A stretch of DNA of 64,000 nucleotides from Octopus bimaculoides (Eukaryota). The stretch is from assembly GCF_001194135.2 (NCBI RefSeq), contig NC_068993.1, positions 61,459,896 to 61,523,895 on the forward strand. The letters are read 5' to 3'. The notes beneath the pieces are model-generated. The model saw only the letters and a program-made list of their open reading frames with translations. It did no database searches and was not told the origin of the DNA. Position numbers and translations under genes: made by a program. Below, one piece after another: positions 61,524-64,000 of this stretch (position 1 is its first letter; every line of letters starts with the position of its first letter).

Positions 61524-62678
61524 GATATCTGTAAAAAGTCATTCACTTCAAAAGGTAATCTAACTACACATATACGTATTCATACAGGAGAGAAACCATA
61601 TCACTGTGATATCTGTGGTAAAACGTTCTCAAGAAAAGACGAATTGACTATTCATAAACGTGTTCATACAGGAGAGAAACCATATCAGTGTGATATCTGT
61701 GGTCAATCATTTACTCGTAAAGATATTTTAACTACACACAGACGTATTCATACAGGAGAGAAACCATATCAATGTGATATGTGCAGTAAATCATTCTCTA
61801 AAAGTACTAACTTAACTGATCACAAACGCATTCATACTGGAGAAAGACCATATCATTGTGATTTCTGTGGCAAATCATTCAATCAAAATAACCAGTTAAT
61901 TAAGCACAAACGTATTCATACTGGAGAAAAACCATATCACTGTGATGTCTGTGACAAATCATTCTCTCGAAATGATGAGTTAACTACACACAAACACATT
62001 CATACAGGAGAGAAACCTTATCGGTGTGACATCTGTGGTAAATCATTCCCTCAAAATAGTGCCTTGACTGGACACAAACGTATTCATACTGGAGAGAAAC
62101 CATTCCCTTGTGATATTTGTGGCAAAGCATTTGTTCAAAGTAGTGATTTAAAGGGACATAAACGTATTCATACAGGAGAAAAACCATATCATTGTGATAT
62201 TTGTGGTAAGGCATTTTCTCAAAGTCCTGCTGTAACTGTACACAAAAGAATTCATACTAGAGAAAAGCCATATCACTGTGATATCTGTGGTAAATCATTC
62301 CCTCGAAGTAATTCTTTGACTGATCATAAACGTATTCACACTGGAGAAAAGCCATTTCATTGTGATATCTGTGGTAAAGCATTTATTCGGAGTAACGATT
62401 TAAAGGGACATAAACGTATTCATACTGGAGAAAAGCCATATCATTGTGATATCTGTGGTAAATCATTCTCTCAACGTACTGCTGTAACTGTACATAAACG
62501 TGTTCATACCAGAGAGAGGCCATATCATTGTGATATCTGTGGTAAATCATTCTCATACAGTAACCTATTAACTAAGCACAAGTGTATTCATATGGGAGAA
62601 AAATCATACCAATGTGATCTCTGTAGTAAGTCATTCTCTCAACATGATTTAGCTGTTCATGTCTGTATTCTTCCATGA
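61524..62678 (+). CDS. C2H2 zinc-finger protein ZNF-4, 5'-partial (start in gap); 13 fingers + 1 degenerate terminal finger
   Basis: Frame open from the gap edge ([16 protein letters not shown]...) to TGA at 62678. The TTG start in the ORF track is internal. Confidence 0.92.
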   Translation, partial: DICKKSFTSKGNLTTHIRIHTGEKPYHCDICGKTFSRKDELTIHKRVHTGEKPYQCDICGQSFTRKDILTTHRRIHTGEKPYQCDMCSKSFSKSTNLTDHKRIHTGERPYHCDFCGKSFNQNNQLIKHKRIHTGEKPYHCDVCDKSFSRNDELTTHKHIHTGEKPYRCDICGKSFPQNSALTGHKRIHTGEKPFPCDICGKAFVQSSDLKGHKRIHTGEKPYHCDICGKAFSQSPAVTVHKRIHTREKPYHCDICGKSFPRSNSLTDHKRIHTGEKPFHCDICGKAFIRSNDLKGHKRIHTGEKPYHCDICGKSFSQRTAVTVHKRVHTRERPYHCDICGKSFSYSNLLTKHKCIHMGEKSYQCDLCSKSFSQHDLAVHVCILP

Positions 62679-64000
62679 GAGAAAGACTGAAAAATCTCTT
62701 AAATATATCCTATTCATAACCATGTATGATACTAAATAAGAAGGAATAAACAAATCATAAAATATAGTCTTTCACCATACTTTAATAGGATAGAAGTATG
62801 TGATGTACTTATACATCTGGATTGTGGGTACACTTTTTCTGTATGTTGTGTATATTCTTTCAGGTATATTATGTTGATTCTTGTTTTATCATTATTGTAT
62901 TTTATCAAGAGACCAATTCTTTTGTTGGTAATGTCTTTAATTTCATCTATGACATGGTTCCTTCATGAGTTTATGGTGAAAATTAATGTTAAGTTGTCAT
63001 TGCTGTATTAAACTTTACATAAAAACAAAATTGGTGGAAACATTTTTTGAATTAATATCATCAATGTTTTTTTTTATGTCCATTGTTAATGCTGGAATGT
63101 GTTGGACCACATCATCATCATCATCATTATTGTCTGATGATTATAAAGATTGTCATCTCAAGCATTTTGTCATTTCAAGTGTAAATTCCAGAGTTCTAAT
63201 TGCAACAGTCTCTTCATATTTTTTATATTAATTTAAACTCTAAATAAAACTGGCTTACTATGAAATTATTCGTTTTCTACTTTTTTAATAACCAAATCTT
63301 GTTTGCACATTTTCTAAACTGATTTTCACCGATTGTTCACTTTAAAGCTATTTAATATATTGACACAATTTGATAGAAGATCTGATCTGATGTTATGAGG
63401 AAGTGAATGAGATATAAATAATAGGATGATATTGTAGATGAAATGTAAAGATATTTCCTAATTAAAATATTGTAGTATAGCAACACCCATTTAAGATTGC
63501 TAATTGTATCAAGAACAAACATGATAATACAAAACCTCTATATGAGTCATTGCAATATTCAGAAGCAGAATAACTGAATTGCTGGAAATCTTATTTGTTG
63601 TTTTGGGGAATGCTGTTAAAACATCAAAACATTGATGTTTTGTACAGACAACATTTCTCATTCACTCACAGTAAAAGCATTTTTTAATATGAGTTTGAAC
63701 TTTCTAATATTTATGCTGTAAACAAAGAACCTGGATTTCATTATTTAATCATGTTAGGGAAAAAGTAAAGGTCAGATGTTTCTTACAAACCTGCTTGTTG
63801 TTGGCAACGGAATTGATGGAGACGAGGAAAGCATTATTTAAAGACTTCAGAAAAATGGACAGGATTTGGATTTTCAACAGTGAAATTACAAATATTTAAG
63901 AAGTGAGTTGGTGGAGAGTAGCAAGCATGTATTAACCACAATGTGTTTGTGCTATTTATTAACCTCTACTAAATGAAATCACTGGTTGAACTTAACACGA

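Larger units (their letters stand above)
44760..63440 (+). repeat. Four-unit tandem segmental duplication (~44760-48560, 50570-55030, 55220-58680, 59400-63440)
   Basis: Promoter block, intron ends, 5' leader, CDS and 0.6-0.8 kb of 3' flank are recognisably homologous in each unit. Confidence 0.9.

Overview
Repeat-rich, AT-rich animal genomic DNA with introns and several assembly gaps (about 3739-3851, 11477-11753, 37463-38024, 44238-44360, 56170-56846, 61236-61523, plus three 10-N joins). The dense microsatellites, tRNA-derived SINEs and a tandem cluster of effector-less C2H2 zinc-finger genes with [10 protein letters not shown] fingers point to a coleoid cephalopod, probably Octopus (inference). 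By hand-splicing I recover three sets of genes. (1) The 3' 18 coding exons of an ARHGEF17-type RhoGEF (+, 2760-26917, 846 aa in window, every junction GT-AG and in phase). (2) A 3-exon, 155-aa gene on the minus strand (43424-36831) that the ORF track misses. It resembles the non-polymerase 'isoform 2' product of vertebrate POLR1D, and I see no RPAC2 exon in it. (3) Four tandem C2H2-ZNF paralogues (+, about 44.8-63.4 kb), each a duplicated unit with a putative non-coding first exon. The most notable non-coding signals are a complete minimal (dimer-type) hammerhead-ribozyme fold in sense orientation in an ARHGEF17 intron (21118-21163), a Merlin-like element with TIRs and a 9-bp TSD in the divergent promoter (43659-44203), two perfect DR5 nuclear-receptor elements (19530-19642), a Penelope RT fossil, and mosaic ancestry among the ZNF units. 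Family names come from remembered motifs, not database searches. Repeat boundaries are approximate unless TIRs are quoted.
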